Below, in pieces: positions 46,928 through 58,071 of a stretch of 64,000 bases of DNA. Position numbers and translations under genes: made by a program. Positions within the stretch are counted from its first letter, which is position 1, and the number at the start of each line of letters is the position of its first letter. The stretch lies in contig JAAYVR010000194.1 in assembly GCA_012517065.1 (NCBI GenBank), forward strand, positions 1,438-65,437, given 5' to 3'. The notes below the pieces were generated by a model. It had not been told where the DNA came from and made no database searches. It saw only the letters and a program-made list of their open reading frames with translations. The DNA is from Verrucomicrobiota bacterium (GTDB taxonomy: Bacteria; Verrucomicrobiota; Verrucomicrobiia; Limisphaerales; J093).

Positions 46928-48378
46928 GCAGTCAGCCCAAAGACATACTGATACACTCCTCCGCGCAATTCGGTCCAACTCTGATTGCCGGCCTGCGCGA
47001 GATTTGGGCGCACAAGTTCCGGTCCCTGCTGACCATGCTCGGCATTATCCTCGGCGTATCGAGCCTTGTTGCCATGAGCGCCCTCGTCAAAGGAATGGAA
47101 AAGGGCGCAAAAGAGGCGTTGATAGCTGTTGGCGGACTCGACAAGGTACGCGTTGAACCTCAGGAGTTGCCGGTTGAACAACGCCATCTTCAAGACCAGG
47201 CCGTCGGCATTACCATGAACGACGTCACCGTCATACAAAATGGTGCGCCCCTGATCACCAAGGTTTCACCAGAAATGCGCGTGCCGGTCACAGCATCGGC
47301 CAACGGCAAAACATTCCGCACGTTCATGTGCATGGGCGTTTGGCCAGTGGCTCTCGAAATGATGGAACATGAGATCGAACACGGCCGAATGTTCAACGAA
47401 ATCGACGACGAAATGGCCAGAAGCGTTTGTGTCATCGGCACCGCCACCCGCAATGAGCTGTGGGGCAGCCCGGAAGAGGTCGGAAAGGAAATCATCCCGG
47501 TTGGCGAAACAATCTACCTCAACGGCGTTCCGTTCACCATCATCGGCATGTTCAAGCATTACGAGAGTGAACAGGAGCGCAAAACGCGCGAATTGCAGGC
47601 CAAACAGGCCGCGAACTCGCCAACAAACCAGTTGGCTCAAACCGGCCCGCAGCGCAATCGCGGGCACAGCCACGGCCGCGGCGGCTGGGCGTTCTGGATC
47701 AAAAACGCCACAATCTACATGCCGCTCAACACCGCTTACATGAAATTCAGGTCCGGTGTCAGCCTCACCGGCTTTGGACCGCGCTCTCAGCCCAGTTCCA
47801 CCCCATCCGGCGCAACCGGTGACCCGCGCCTCTCCAGCCTCGAACTCCGCATCCGCAATTTCGACCTTCTCCCGGAAGCCCTCCAGCAGGTGCGCAATCT
47901 GCTCATGAGCACGCACAAAGGAATTGAAGATTTCACATTCCGCACTCAGGAGGAATGGGCCGAAGCAATCAACACTTTCATTCGCAACGCACGGTTGAGT
48001 GGCAGTCTCATCGCCGGCATCAGCCTCCTTGTCGGCGGCATCGGCATCATGAACATAATGCTGGCCAGCATCTCCGAACGCGTCCGCGAAATCGGCATAC
48101 GCAAATCCGTCGGCGCAAGCAATGGCGACATTTTCTTTCAAATCCTCGTCGAAAGCACTGTCATCGCAATGTTAGGCGGGTTCTTGGGGCTCGGCACCTC
48201 GTTCGGACTTGTAAAACTGATTTCAACCATTTCACCCACCGACAACGCGCCCATCGTGACAGCAACGGCGATGTTGATTGCATTCGGGTTCAGCGTTTGC
48301 GTTGGAATTCTTGCGGGTCTGCTCCCGGCGCTCAAAGCCTCGAGGCTTAATCCGATCCAGGCCCTCAGATACGAATAG
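46924..48378 (+). CDS. ABC permease, MacB/FtsX family
   Basis: [44 protein letters not shown]. Confidence 0.93.
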   Translation: MSSQPKDILIHSSAQFGPTLIAGLREIWAHKFRSLLTMLGIILGVSSLVAMSALVKGMEKGAKEALIAVGGLDKVRVEPQELPVEQRHLQDQAVGITMNDVTVIQNGAPLITKVSPEMRVPVTASANGKTFRTFMCMGVWPVALEMMEHEIEHGRMFNEIDDEMARSVCVIGTATRNELWGSPEEVGKEIIPVGETIYLNGVPFTIIGMFKHYESEQERKTRELQAKQAANSPTNQLAQTGPQRNRGHSHGRGGWAFWIKNATIYMPLNTAYMKFRSGVSLTGFGPRSQPSSTPSGATGDPRLSSLELRIRNFDLLPEALQQVRNLLMSTHKGIEDFTFRTQEEWAEAINTFIRNARLSGSLIAGISLLVGGIGIMNIMLASISERVREIGIRKSVGASNGDIFFQILVESTVIAMLGGFLGLGTSFGLVKLISTISPTDNAPIVTATAMLIAFGFSVCVGILAGLLPALKASRLNPIQALRYE

Positions 48379-48390
48379 AACTCCGAGACC

Positions 48391-49743
48391 ATGGCCCTTC
48401 TGACCACCATAATCGTAGGGATCAAGGAAGTCTGGGCGCACAAGTTCAGGTCGTTCCTCACCATGCTCGGCATCGTCTTGGGCGTCGCCAGTCTCGTCGG
48501 CATGGCTGCCATTATCAAAGGCATGGAAAATGGCATGAAAGAAACAATGGTTGCCATGGGCGGCGCCGACAAGGTCCTCCTCCAGGAACAGGATGTGCCG
48601 TCTTATCAGGAGCATCTTGCCGACCAAGCCCCGGGCCGGACCATGTTCGACGTCCAGGCTCTCCGATCCAGCGCGCCACTCCTCCGCCTCGTCTCACCAG
48701 AAATGCGCATCGAAGGTGTTATCGTCACCAAAGGCGAGAAAATGGTCGTCCCAGCCGAACTCTGCGGCGTGTGGCCAGCCGTCATCGACATGAACCTCCA
48801 CACGCTCGCCCACGGACGGTTTTTCACAGACATTGACGAGGAACTCGCCAATGCCGTCTGCGTAATCGGCACCGGAATACGCGACGACCTGTTCGGGTCG
48901 CCTGAAGAAACAGGACGCGAAATCATCCCAATCGGCGAAACCATTTACCTCAACGGACAGCCGTTCACAATCGTCGGGATGTTCGAGCGTTACGAGAGCG
49001 AACAGGAGAAAAAGGAACGGCTCCTTCGCAAAACAAGCCCAGCAGAGCCACAGGTTGGGCCACCTCGCCGCCGCGGCTTCGGCAGGGGCGGTTGGGCCTT
49101 CCGGCGCAAGAATTATACCATGTACATCCCCCTCAACACCGCGTGGATAAGGTTCCGCGCCGCATCGGGCAGAGACAATATTCCCGACCCGCGACTCAGC
49201 GATATAGACCTCAAAGTGGCCGGCATCGAGCATATCGAGACCGCACTTCAACAGGCCAGAAACGTCCTTATGCTCACGCACCGCGGCATCGAGGATTTCG
49301 CGTTCCAAACCCAGGAAAACAATCTCGAGAACATCAACAGGCAAATCCGCAACGCCCGCCTCAGCGGAGGCTTGATCGCCGGAATCAGCCTCCTGGTCGG
49401 TGGCATCGGGATCATGAATATCATGCTCGCAAGCATAAACGAACGCATCCGCGAAATCGGAATCTGCAAGGCCGTCGGCGCTACCGCGTTCGCCGTTTTC
49501 ACCCAGATTCTGGTCGAGAGCGTGGTGATTGCTTTGCTCGGCTCCGTTATGGGCGTTGCCGCCTCCTATGGTTTTGTTCAGGTTCTGCAACTCCTCAGTC
49601 CAACTGCCAACGAGCCGGTTATAACACCCGTGGCGATGGTCGTTGCCGTCGCTTTCAGCGCTCTCACGGGAATACTGGCCGGACTTTTCCCTGCCATCAA
49701 AGCTGCGCGACTGGACCCAATCGTCGCCCTGCGATACGAATAA
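48391..49743 (+). CDS. ABC permease, MacB/FtsX family (paralogue of the preceding gene)
   Basis: Same motifs as the preceding gene; ends DPIVALRYE. Confidence 0.93.
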   Translation: MALLTTIIVGIKEVWAHKFRSFLTMLGIVLGVASLVGMAAIIKGMENGMKETMVAMGGADKVLLQEQDVPSYQEHLADQAPGRTMFDVQALRSSAPLLRLVSPEMRIEGVIVTKGEKMVVPAELCGVWPAVIDMNLHTLAHGRFFTDIDEELANAVCVIGTGIRDDLFGSPEETGREIIPIGETIYLNGQPFTIVGMFERYESEQEKKERLLRKTSPAEPQVGPPRRRGFGRGGWAFRRKNYTMYIPLNTAWIRFRAASGRDNIPDPRLSDIDLKVAGIEHIETALQQARNVLMLTHRGIEDFAFQTQENNLENINRQIRNARLSGGLIAGISLLVGGIGIMNIMLASINERIREIGICKAVGATAFAVFTQILVESVVIALLGSVMGVAASYGFVQVLQLLSPTANEPVITPVAMVVAVAFSALTGILAGLFPAIKAARLDPIVALRYE

Positions 49744-49885
49744 GTCCGTCGGCGCTCAACCTGCGGAGCTCCTTCATGGCAACGGCGCCCCTGATTCCAC
49801 AGGTCTCAATGTTTGAACATCGAGCCTGTCACCTGCCTGGGTGTGCTTGGTCGGACCGCGGGATTTCCGACTGACCGAACCCTCT

Positions 49886-51175
49886 CTACCGCCTGTTCAT
49901 CAATTCCTCGATTTCCTCGGCTTCGACCGGGATGTCCGACATCAGATCGACCGGACCGGCATCGGTGATGAGGACCGTGTTTTCGATGCGCACGCCTAAC
50001 CCTTCGCTCCGCACGTAAATCCCCGGTTCAACGGTCATGACCCAACCCGCTTGGAACGGCTCGGTGGTGAATCCAACATCGTGAACGTCCAAACCAATCG
50101 GGTGCCCCACGCCGTGCATGAAATACTCCTTAAACGCCGGATTGGCAGGGTCCTGCTTCTTGATCGCTCGCGGAGTCAATAGCCCAAGCCGAAGCAGTTC
50201 GTCTTCGACCATCTTCTCCGCTTCTTTCTGCCATTCTTTCCACAGTTTGCCCGGTTTCAGCCCCCGCACGCAGCCGCGAAACACCCGCAGTACAGCATCG
50301 TACACCTGCCGTTGTCTCCTCGAGTAACGCCCGCTGACAGGGATTGTCCGGGTCAGGTCCGAATTGTAGTTCGCATGGGCGGCCGCAACATCAAGCAGCA
50401 ACAGTTCCCCCGCCTTGCACCTGGCCGAGTTTTCCACATAGTGCAGCACGCACGCGTTCCGCCCGGAAGCTATTATCGGCGGGTAGGCAAATTTACCGCG
50501 TCTCCGGATAAACTCGTGCGCAAACTCGGCTTCAACTTCGGCTTCTGAGATTCCAGGTTTCACCTTGCGAAGAATCCGCCTGAATCCGTGTGCGGTTATC
50601 GCGCAGGCTTTCCGGATCAAATCCAGTTCTTCCTCCGATTTCACGCTCCGCAGGCGATGCATCAGCCGAGCCAACCTGTGATACGAATGCAAGGGATAAC
50701 GGCGCTGGCACTCCTTCACGAACCGCGCGTCGCGTGTCTCGACTTCGACCACCGCGCGTTTGTGCTCGTTCGAGTTCAGGTAAACATGTTCACATTCGCA
50801 CATTATGCGATGGAACACCCTCGGGAACTCCGAAAGCCAATGAATGTTCTCGATTCCACTGCGTTCACGCGCTTCGTCCCGGCTGAGCTTGTGTCCCTCC
50901 CAAATTTCAGCCAACGGCGTTGGCTCCCGCAGGAACAGCATTTCGCGCTGCTTTTCGTCGTCCGCATCAGGATACAGCACGAGTATTGTTTCCTCCTGTT
51001 CGATCCCGCTCAGGTAGAACAGGTCCGAATTCGGATGCATCAGGAATGTGCCATCCGCGTTGGTGGGGAGAATGTCGTTCGAGTTTACCACCGCAATCGC
51101 GTTCGGCAGCATCAGCTCGCGCAGCCGCTGGCGATTCCGGATGAACAGTGTGGACGGGATTGGATCGTATCGCAT
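49886..51175 (-). CDS. pepP: Xaa-Pro aminopeptidase (aminopeptidase P, M24B); alternative GTG start 51199
   Basis: LRSVKS, LHY, LLDVAA...SDLTRT, HGVGHPIGLDVHD, TVEPGIY, GVRIE. Confidence 0.88.
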   Translation of the reverse strand: MRYDPIPSTLFIRNRQRLRELMLPNAIAVVNSNDILPTNADGTFLMHPNSDLFYLSGIEQEETILVLYPDADDEKQREMLFLREPTPLAEIWEGHKLSRDEARERSGIENIHWLSEFPRVFHRIMCECEHVYLNSNEHKRAVVEVETRDARFVKECQRRYPLHSYHRLARLMHRLRSVKSEEELDLIRKACAITAHGFRRILRKVKPGISEAEVEAEFAHEFIRRRGKFAYPPIIASGRNACVLHYVENSARCKAGELLLLDVAAAHANYNSDLTRTIPVSGRYSRRQRQVYDAVLRVFRGCVRGLKPGKLWKEWQKEAEKMVEDELLRLGLLTPRAIKKQDPANPAFKEYFMHGVGHPIGLDVHDVGFTTEPFQAGWVMTVEPGIYVRSEGLGVRIENTVLITDAGPVDLMSDIPVEAEEIEELMNRR

Positions 51176-51256
51176 TTTGTGTGCTTTGCTATCGCCCACT
51201 CACGGCCAGCATTTTGGCTGTGGGTTGGCAATCGGTGTGTTCGAAACGGCGTTGAC

Positions 51257-52816
51257 TCACTCCAGCGAAATCACAGTTACAGACTTTGGCGGCAGAGTGA
51301 CCTCAAACCCGGCGTCAGTCACACGCACATTGTCAAATCTCTCCGGCCGGACTCGGTCCGGCTGGTCAAATGTGTTATGCGCGCGCATGTCGGGCGCAGT
51401 CAGCACCCGTCCCGTGGCCGACCGAAGCTTCGCACCCCGCACTTCGGCGGCGATTGGCATCGCATCGTTGGGATTCAGGTTGCAGAAAGACACGTGCATG
51501 GTTCCCGACTTGTCGCGTGACGCGGAAACGCTGACCGCAGGAATGCGCTCGTCACCGAACTTGTAATCAGCGCATGCAAGCTCGGTTGGCAGCAAAGTCG
51601 CGTCATGATGCGGCGTGTACAGCTCAAACACGTGATACGTCGGGGTAACAATCATCTTTTCCTTGTCGGTAAGAACGAGCGCCTGAAGCACGTTGACCGT
51701 CTGGGCAATATTGGCCATGTGCACCCGATCGCAGTGCTGGTTGAAAATGTTGAGTGTCACCGCGGCTACAAGGGCGTCGCGCAGCGTGTTCTGTTGGTAC
51801 AGAAAACCGGGGTTTGTCCCGGGCTCGACCTGGTGCCACGCGCCCCATTCATCAACAATGAGCGCAACACGTCTCCGTTCATCATACTTGTCCATGATTT
51901 CAACGTGCTTGGTGATTAGCTCGTCCATTCGGAGAGCGTTCCGCAGCAGATGAAACCAATCCACTTCCTCGAACTGTGTGGCCGACCGGCTCGTTCTGCC
52001 CGAACCACAATAGTAATGCAAAGCCAGCCCAGCCATTTGCCTGCCAACATTCTTCATCAGCACTTCTGTCCACCGGTAATCCCCGCCGTTCGGCCCACAG
52101 GCGATCTTGAAAATGCGGTTGCCACCGAAATTCCGAACGTAGGTTGCGTAGCGCCGAAATTGATCGGCGTAAAATTCTGGTGTCATGTTGCCGCCGCACC
52201 CCCAGTTCTCATTGCCAACCCCAAAATACTTCAGGTGCCACGGTTGGTCGCGACCGTTCTGGCGCCGCAGGTCTGCCATTGGGCTTTTCCCGTCAAATGT
52301 GATGTACTCGACCCATTCCTGCATCTCGCGCACTGTGCCGCTCCCAACGTTTCCGCAGATGTACGGTTCGCACCCAATCTGGTCGCACAAATCCAGAAAC
52401 TCGTGTGTGCCAAAGTGGTTGTTCTCGGTCACCCCACCCCAATGCGTGTTGATCATAGTCGGCCGCTGTGTGCGCGGCCCAATGCCGTCTCTCCAGTGAT
52501 ACTCATCCGCAAAACACCCGCCCGGCCAGCGCAATACTGGCACCTTTACCCGCTTCAAAGCCGCTACAACGTCGTTCCGAATCCCACGCGTATTTGGGAT
52601 CGGACTGTCCTCCCCAACCCAGTACCCTTCGTACACGCACCGGCCGAGATGCTCCGAAAAATGACCGTAAATGAACCGGCTGATCGTGTCTTTACCGCGA
52701 TCAGCGTGAATTACAAGCCGATTCACCGTAGCTGCATCATCCGCCGAAAACACCTCCGGCAACCACGCAAGAAACAAGCCCAGAATTGCAACGCAGGAAA
52801 AAAGGCGAGTTTTCAT
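51257..52816 (-). CDS. Alpha-L-arabinofuranosidase, GH51
   Basis: [44 protein letters not shown]. Confidence 0.95.
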   Translation of the reverse strand: MKTRLFSCVAILGLFLAWLPEVFSADDAATVNRLVIHADRGKDTISRFIYGHFSEHLGRCVYEGYWVGEDSPIPNTRGIRNDVVAALKRVKVPVLRWPGGCFADEYHWRDGIGPRTQRPTMINTHWGGVTENNHFGTHEFLDLCDQIGCEPYICGNVGSGTVREMQEWVEYITFDGKSPMADLRRQNGRDQPWHLKYFGVGNENWGCGGNMTPEFYADQFRRYATYVRNFGGNRIFKIACGPNGGDYRWTEVLMKNVGRQMAGLALHYYCGSGRTSRSATQFEEVDWFHLLRNALRMDELITKHVEIMDKYDERRRVALIVDEWGAWHQVEPGTNPGFLYQQNTLRDALVAAVTLNIFNQHCDRVHMANIAQTVNVLQALVLTDKEKMIVTPTYHVFELYTPHHDATLLPTELACADYKFGDERIPAVSVSASRDKSGTMHVSFCNLNPNDAMPIAAEVRGAKLRSATGRVLTAPDMRAHNTFDQPDRVRPERFDNVRVTDAGFEVTLPPKSVTVISLE

Positions 52817-52823
52817 GGGCCGG

Positions 52824-52852
52824 ATAATGCCCCACCACCCCCACACTGGCAA
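52824..52852 (-). promoter_or_regulatory. Putative sigma70 promoter for a leaderless GH51 transcript
   Basis: Minus strand TTGCCA-17 bp-CATTAT, then 7 nt to ATG 52816. Confidence 0.5.
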
Positions 52853-52883
52853 GCCGGTATCAAGAACACTTCATGACCAGTTG

Positions 52884-52963
52884 AACTTCGAGCCCGGATG
52901 AACATCGAGCCTGGCACTTTATGCACTTTATCGCGTCACAGAAACAACATCGAGCCTGGCACG
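52884..52963. repeat. Three copies of the AAC(A/T)TCGAGCC(T/C)GG(CAC) REP-like module
   Basis: Copies near 52884, 52901 and 52946; same module at 24330-24352 (reverse), 49816 and 60344. Confidence 0.7.
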
Positions 52964-53141
52964 ATATACGCAATCGCATCCGGCTGACACCGGACTGGGA
53001 GGCCTACCCCATGCAAAGTTTGGTTGAGGACAGAGCTCACCCTCGACGCGAACCGCGGTAAACGCAGAAAACCATTACAACCGGCGCAAATTCGCTTTGC
53101 GCCAAATCGCGTCCTGGTCGAGCACGAACCCTGCCTTGCGC

Positions 53142-56078
53142 CTAATCTGACAAAATGCTTACCGGCCCAAAGAGCCCGGAAGTCATTAGCGGAGTGTCAC
53201 GCGTCAGCTTGCGGATGTTTGTCCGCGTGAACCGCTTTTCCGGTGGAAGGAATTGCTCCCCAATTATCCGGTTTGGCCAAAAGTTCACCACCTCAATCTG
53301 AACTGTGTTTGTCCCGGCCTTCGCAGCAGTCGTAACTTCCACCCGCCACGGCGGCGCCCAAAGCACGCCCAGTGATCGCCCGTTCACCCATACTTCCGCC
53401 AATTCCCTCAAGCTGCCAAGGTCAAGCCAGAGAGCCCGCTTCGGATTCTTGAACCATTCTTCCGACATCACAATCGTTTTCTGGTAACTCGCTGTTCCCG
53501 AGTAGAACCGAATGCCGGGGTCGTCATGCTCAGTCCAGGAAATCAACCGCTCGAATGTGACAGGCCGCGTCGATGACTTGAGGATTTCGCGATCGTCCTT
53601 TTCGGGCGCGCTCGTTCCGACCGGGAAATGGACTGTCCACGGCCCTGTCAAATCCGCCAGTTTTCTTAGCGCGACGGTGTTGTCCGCCGCCACGGGCGGA
53701 TGCACAGCCGATGCATCCCGGAACACTACAAACGTCGAACCATACGGCGGCAGTTCCAGCGGCACCGTTGTTCGGCCACCCGATTCTTTGTAAGCTTTGG
53801 CAAATCGACGGAACCTTGTCACCGGATCCCATATCTCGGGCGCTTTCCCTGCAACGCGAAAAGTGCAATCCACTTTTTCAAGCCGGTTTGATTTGTTCGC
53901 CACAAAATAAATGTCCGTCTCGCCGGCTCGCCGGTGGATGTAGTCCAACGCAGTTTGCTCATCCGCGCCTTTGCACTCGAAGTCAGGCAGCACACCCGCC
54001 TCAATCAAAACCGCACGCGCCGTGCGGCCCGAGATGATTCTGCCACGCGGAATCGAGTGCGCGAGTTCATCCCGAGCCGACGCCGGCCCCCACAATTCAT
54101 CAGCGATCCGTGCCACTTCAGCGTCGCATTCGGGATAGTTGCCAAGGCCGGTTGCTTTGGCCGGGCGCCGTCCAATGACTGTTGCGCCTGCGTTCACCAG
54201 CTCCCTGACCTTCCGCAACACGGACAGAGAAATCGCTTCCCGATCCGGCAATACCAACACGCGGTAGCTCATTCCATCCGGCAACACAAGTTGCCCATCG
54301 CGCACAGATAACCGCGTGAGCAATGCCTCCTCCGTGATCACGTCATAGTCGAACCCCGGCAAAACACGCGCGGGATCCGTGCGTTTTAGCTGAGCGAAAT
54401 TTGGCACGTGGTCGCCGTAATAATAACAGGCATCCGCCACAAACAACCCCTGCTGCAACATGAATTGACAGCGGTTGACGTACGCAATGAACGGACCCGA
54501 TTTCGCCCACCACGTCGAGTTCGGATTGAAATGTGTGCCCGCGAAATACTGTATGCCAGGCAATCCCTCCTCGGGTGGCGAACAAACCACCGCATGCCAG
54601 ACAAGCAGGTTCAACCCCTCGCACAGCGCCTGTTCAAACGAAGGCTTGAGATTATCCCAGATTGTTTCCTGCCAATGCGGGCCAATCGTGGTGAAACCTT
54701 CAGCAGCAACAAGCTTCCGACCGTATGTGTGAGCGGCTGACGCCGGCTGTTTCACAAAAAACCGATTCGAATCGCCAACACGATGCCGCCACGACCACGC
54801 CCAAAACTCGGACATCGGCACGTCGTTGAACCCAAGACATCTCTGCGCGTCAATTGGTACCGCGTGCGGCCCTCCCGACTCCGGATGAATCTGCAAGCCG
54901 TGCCGATGCGCGCCGTCCCTGAACAAACGGTAGTGGTTGTCTATCGCCAAATCACCAAGTGTCTTCCGGAAATCGTGAAGGAACCTGTTGCTTTGGTCCC
55001 GTGTATTAACGATGCGCCCTGCGATCACCGGCAGCCACGGGACAATATCGTAGCCACGCCTTCGCCGGAATTCCTCGCGCAACGTGGGCGTCCAGTTCAC
55101 TGCCTCGACTTCCCAACTGTCAGTGTGCAGGTACTTGAGCGTACTGCCCGCCAGCGTGCCGGCGTCAGCGATAAGCGGCTCGACCACCGCATCCCAATAC
55201 CGCTTGAAAGCCCCCGCATCCAGCACGTCGAGAGCATAACCCTTCCACCCGTCACTCGATGTCGAGACTCGCGCGTGGTCGCCAATCGTGCAACCAAACC
55301 GGAGAATCTGCCAAACCCCGTCGGGTGCGTCCCAGCGAAGCGTGCCCGAGTCGTCCAACCGCGCCGTCAAATCGATCACGTCGCTCGCTGTGGTGTCTTC
55401 TTCACCCGGTTCATCAGGGCCATCGACAAGCAGTGGCGTTGTGTCCGGAGCGGAGAAATGCAAGGACCGGTGCATCGCTTTGGCTTCCCAGTTGCTGATC
55501 GGCTTGCGAACCGCCCGCGGCATGCCCTGCACCGGAGCTGACTTCAGCCGATACCCAACAACGAACAGGTCCCTATAATAGCCGTCGCGGCTTTGCGGGA
55601 TCGGAAGTTTTTCCTCCACACTGCCCGGTCCCCGGACCTGAGCTTCTGACCAGACAAGTTTCTTCGCGGCATCGTCGGCTGTGACCATTGGCCCGCCGAG
55701 GTTCCATCCGCTCTGTATGTTCAGACTCATCTCGAGACCCAACCGTGCTCCCTCGAGCAACGCATGCCGATACAACTCACGCCATTCCGGACTCAGAAAA
55801 TCAGGACCGTGCTTTACCCGGTCGTTCCCATCCTGACTTGCGCCGTCGGCGTCGCAAATCAAGGCCCCGCCCCAACCTTTGGCTTTCATCTCTTCAAGGT
55901 CGCGCGTAATGGCGGCTTTGGTCACGTTGCCATTCAACCACCACCAGTAAGCACGCAAACGGGCCCCAATCGGCGGATCAGCCCAGCCCTGCTCGAGGGA
56001 TGTCTGTCCAATGGACCGACTCAGACAGATCGAACATCCAAGAATTGCCAGACCAACCAGTGACATTCCAGTTTTCAT
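53142..56078 (-). CDS. GH106 alpha-L-rhamnosidase-like glycoside hydrolase
   Basis: WWWLNGN..K..ITRDLE, SGWNLGGP, HTDSWE, PMSEFW, SAAHTYG, AEGFT, QMLQQG-like segment, YSGTASY. Confidence 0.88.
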   Translation of the reverse strand: MKTGMSLVGLAILGCSICLSRSIGQTSLEQGWADPPIGARLRAYWWWLNGNVTKAAITRDLEEMKAKGWGGALICDADGASQDGNDRVKHGPDFLSPEWRELYRHALLEGARLGLEMSLNIQSGWNLGGPMVTADDAAKKLVWSEAQVRGPGSVEEKLPIPQSRDGYYRDLFVVGYRLKSAPVQGMPRAVRKPISNWEAKAMHRSLHFSAPDTTPLLVDGPDEPGEEDTTASDVIDLTARLDDSGTLRWDAPDGVWQILRFGCTIGDHARVSTSSDGWKGYALDVLDAGAFKRYWDAVVEPLIADAGTLAGSTLKYLHTDSWEVEAVNWTPTLREEFRRRRGYDIVPWLPVIAGRIVNTRDQSNRFLHDFRKTLGDLAIDNHYRLFRDGAHRHGLQIHPESGGPHAVPIDAQRCLGFNDVPMSEFWAWSWRHRVGDSNRFFVKQPASAAHTYGRKLVAAEGFTTIGPHWQETIWDNLKPSFEQALCEGLNLLVWHAVVCSPPEEGLPGIQYFAGTHFNPNSTWWAKSGPFIAYVNRCQFMLQQGLFVADACYYYGDHVPNFAQLKRTDPARVLPGFDYDVITEEALLTRLSVRDGQLVLPDGMSYRVLVLPDREAISLSVLRKVRELVNAGATVIGRRPAKATGLGNYPECDAEVARIADELWGPASARDELAHSIPRGRIISGRTARAVLIEAGVLPDFECKGADEQTALDYIHRRAGETDIYFVANKSNRLEKVDCTFRVAGKAPEIWDPVTRFRRFAKAYKESGGRTTVPLELPPYGSTFVVFRDASAVHPPVAADNTVALRKLADLTGPWTVHFPVGTSAPEKDDREILKSSTRPVTFERLISWTEHDDPGIRFYSGTASYQKTIVMSEEWFKNPKRALWLDLGSLRELAEVWVNGRSLGVLWAPPWRVEVTTAAKAGTNTVQIEVVNFWPNRIIGEQFLPPEKRFTRTNIRKLTRDTPLMTSGLFGPVSILSD

Positions 56079-56174
56079 AGAATCAGCACGGAAAACGGGG
56101 GCTGCCACTGCAAACTCCGCAGTCCATTCACCCCTCTGGCTCCGACAGCTCCCCGCCGGTTTCCAATATCAGAC

Positions 56175-57236
56175 TCAGGCTCGAGTTTGGATCGCACCCG
56201 GACTTCGCGATGCGACTGAGTCAATCAAGACCCTGGCGACAATGTCAGGGCTGAGATCACGCAAACAAGCCATGCGCCGTGAAATCCGGCATCGTTTGCT
56301 CATGCACGGAACACACGGCAGATCAAGTTGCAACACCCTGTCGGTTTGCCCATAAGGCCCGGTGCGACTCGGATCCGTGGGACCAAACAGGGCGATGACG
56401 GGCTTGCCGAGAGCAGCAGCAATGTGCATTGGCCCCGAGTCGTTGCCCACCAAGATAATGCACCGGCGAAGGCATTCGACAAGTTCGGGCAACGTGGTTT
56501 GTCCGGTCATGTCCATGCACCTCTCAGGCGCCGCTGAACAAACGATCCGGCCGAGAGCGCGATCGGCGCCGCTGCCGAGGATTACAAACCTGACATTTGA
56601 GACTACTGAAGACACGTGCTTTACGAGCGCGGCAAAATGTTCCGGCGGCCAGCGCTTGTTCGCCCAATTCGCCCCGGGCTGAATCGCAATCCACTGCGTT
56701 TCGTTCTCCGGCATCAAAGCTTCGAGCCGCGCCGCTGCATCGGGCTTCTTCGGAAGCCATTCAAAGTCCCATCCAACAGGCACATGAATCGTGCGCAGGA
56801 CGTCAAGGTACCAATCGATCGCATGTGCGCGTGCGGACGGTCTCGGGACGCGGACATCGTAAAAAGCCGGGGCACCTTCGCGCGGATCGTCCAGTCCGAC
56901 AATCAGCTTCGGGTTTGACAGCCAGGCCACCAGACTGCTGCGGGCTAAAGCCTGAAGATCGAGCACAAGGTCATATCGAGCGGCTCTGAGTTCCAAAATG
57001 CTCCGCACGGCTTCGTGCCATCGCCACGGCGCCGACCACCGCTGTCTGTGAAACAAGACCAGTCTGGTGATGTCAGGATCGTGTTCGAGAAGCGGGGCGA
57101 GCCGTGACTCGATCCACCAATCGATCTCGGCCCCGGGATGAAATCGTCTCAGGAGCCTTGCGACCGGCAATGCCTGAACAACATCACCGAGAGCGCTGGG
57201 CTTGAGTATCAGAATACGCACGACATTTGACAACAA
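56175..57236 (-). CDS. GT9 LPS heptosyltransferase (WaaC/WaaF-like)
   Basis: ILKPSALGDVV, DLQ, PGANWANKRWP, GNDSGPMHIAAA, LFGPT. Confidence 0.92.
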   Translation of the reverse strand: MLSNVVRILILKPSALGDVVQALPVARLLRRFHPGAEIDWWIESRLAPLLEHDPDITRLVLFHRQRWSAPWRWHEAVRSILELRAARYDLVLDLQALARSSLVAWLSNPKLIVGLDDPREGAPAFYDVRVPRPSARAHAIDWYLDVLRTIHVPVGWDFEWLPKKPDAAARLEALMPENETQWIAIQPGANWANKRWPPEHFAALVKHVSSVVSNVRFVILGSGADRALGRIVCSAAPERCMDMTGQTTLPELVECLRRCIILVGNDSGPMHIAAALGKPVIALFGPTDPSRTGPYGQTDRVLQLDLPCVPCMSKRCRISRRMACLRDLSPDIVARVLIDSVASRSPGAIQTRA

Positions 57237-57295
57237 AGCTGAATCTCGTTCCCCAAGGCGTGTGCGTCACAAACCGGCAATCCGGCTGCGCGGTT

Positions 57296-58021
57296 TTACC
57301 GGCCTTCGGTCAACCGGTCTGCCAACCGCTTTGGAAGACCCGCTGCAATTATCTTTCCTTGCGCGGCCGGAATATCGTAGTCAACCCGCCGCAGTTCGAT
57401 AATCCCCTCGTTTAGATCGTAGGTTGCGTAAGTGGCTTTCGCCACGCCGTCCCGGCTCTGTCCAACGCTGCCGACATTGATGAAATACTTGCGGCCGTGC
57501 TCGATCCTGAACTTGGAATAACTGCCGCCCCGGATGACGCTGTCACGCACAAAAGCTACCGGGACATGGGTGTGGCCGAAGAAGCAGACATTTGTGTTCT
57601 GATATGGAAAACTCGCAGCAGCAGCGAGCTTGTCAAAGACGTACCCCCAGCGGTCCGGCGCATCAAGCGTCGCATGCACTATCGAAAAACTTGTCACCAG
57701 CCTGATGTACTTCAGCTCGCGTAGCCATTTCCTGTCGTCCTCGGTCAGGTGCTCCCGCGTCCACTGAACAGCCTGGGCGGCGTACGGGTTGAAACCCTCC
57801 AGATGCTGGTTGATCGAAGCCGAGTATTCGTCGTGGTTGCCCTTTACACAGGGCATTCCCATTCCCCGGACAATATCAAGACATTCCTTCGGATTCGCCC
57901 CGTAACCAACGACGTCGCCAAGGCAGGCGTAATGTGTGACGCCTTGTTTTCGGGCATCTTCCAACACGGCATGCAGAGCTTCCAAGTTGCCGTGAATATC
58001 AGCTATTATCGCAAACTTCAT
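57296..58021 (-). CDS. Calcineurin-like metallophosphoesterase
   Basis: DIHGN, GDVVGYG, GNHD, GHTH, NVGSVGQSRD. Confidence 0.92.
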   Translation of the reverse strand: MKFAIIADIHGNLEALHAVLEDARKQGVTHYACLGDVVGYGANPKECLDIVRGMGMPCVKGNHDEYSASINQHLEGFNPYAAQAVQWTREHLTEDDRKWLRELKYIRLVTSFSIVHATLDAPDRWGYVFDKLAAAASFPYQNTNVCFFGHTHVPVAFVRDSVIRGGSYSKFRIEHGRKYFINVGSVGQSRDGVAKATYATYDLNEGIIELRRVDYDIPAAQGKIIAAGLPKRLADRLTEGR

Positions 58022-58071
58022 TTATACCTCGCAAGGAGCGCAACTCCCTGCAAACCACGCACCGGGTCATA

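Noticed and set aside
45262..49874. Long antisense or alternate-frame ORFs over the ABC operon (and elsewhere, e.g. 8708-9736 and 15472-16545)
   Set aside because: Expected shadow ORFs in high-GC coding DNA; no motifs.
53083..53103. Hairpins as intrinsic terminators (GGCGCAAA/TTTGCGCC here; CCCAAG/CTTGGG at 5201-5220)
   Set aside because: The stems exist but lack an adjacent U-tract, so support is too weak.
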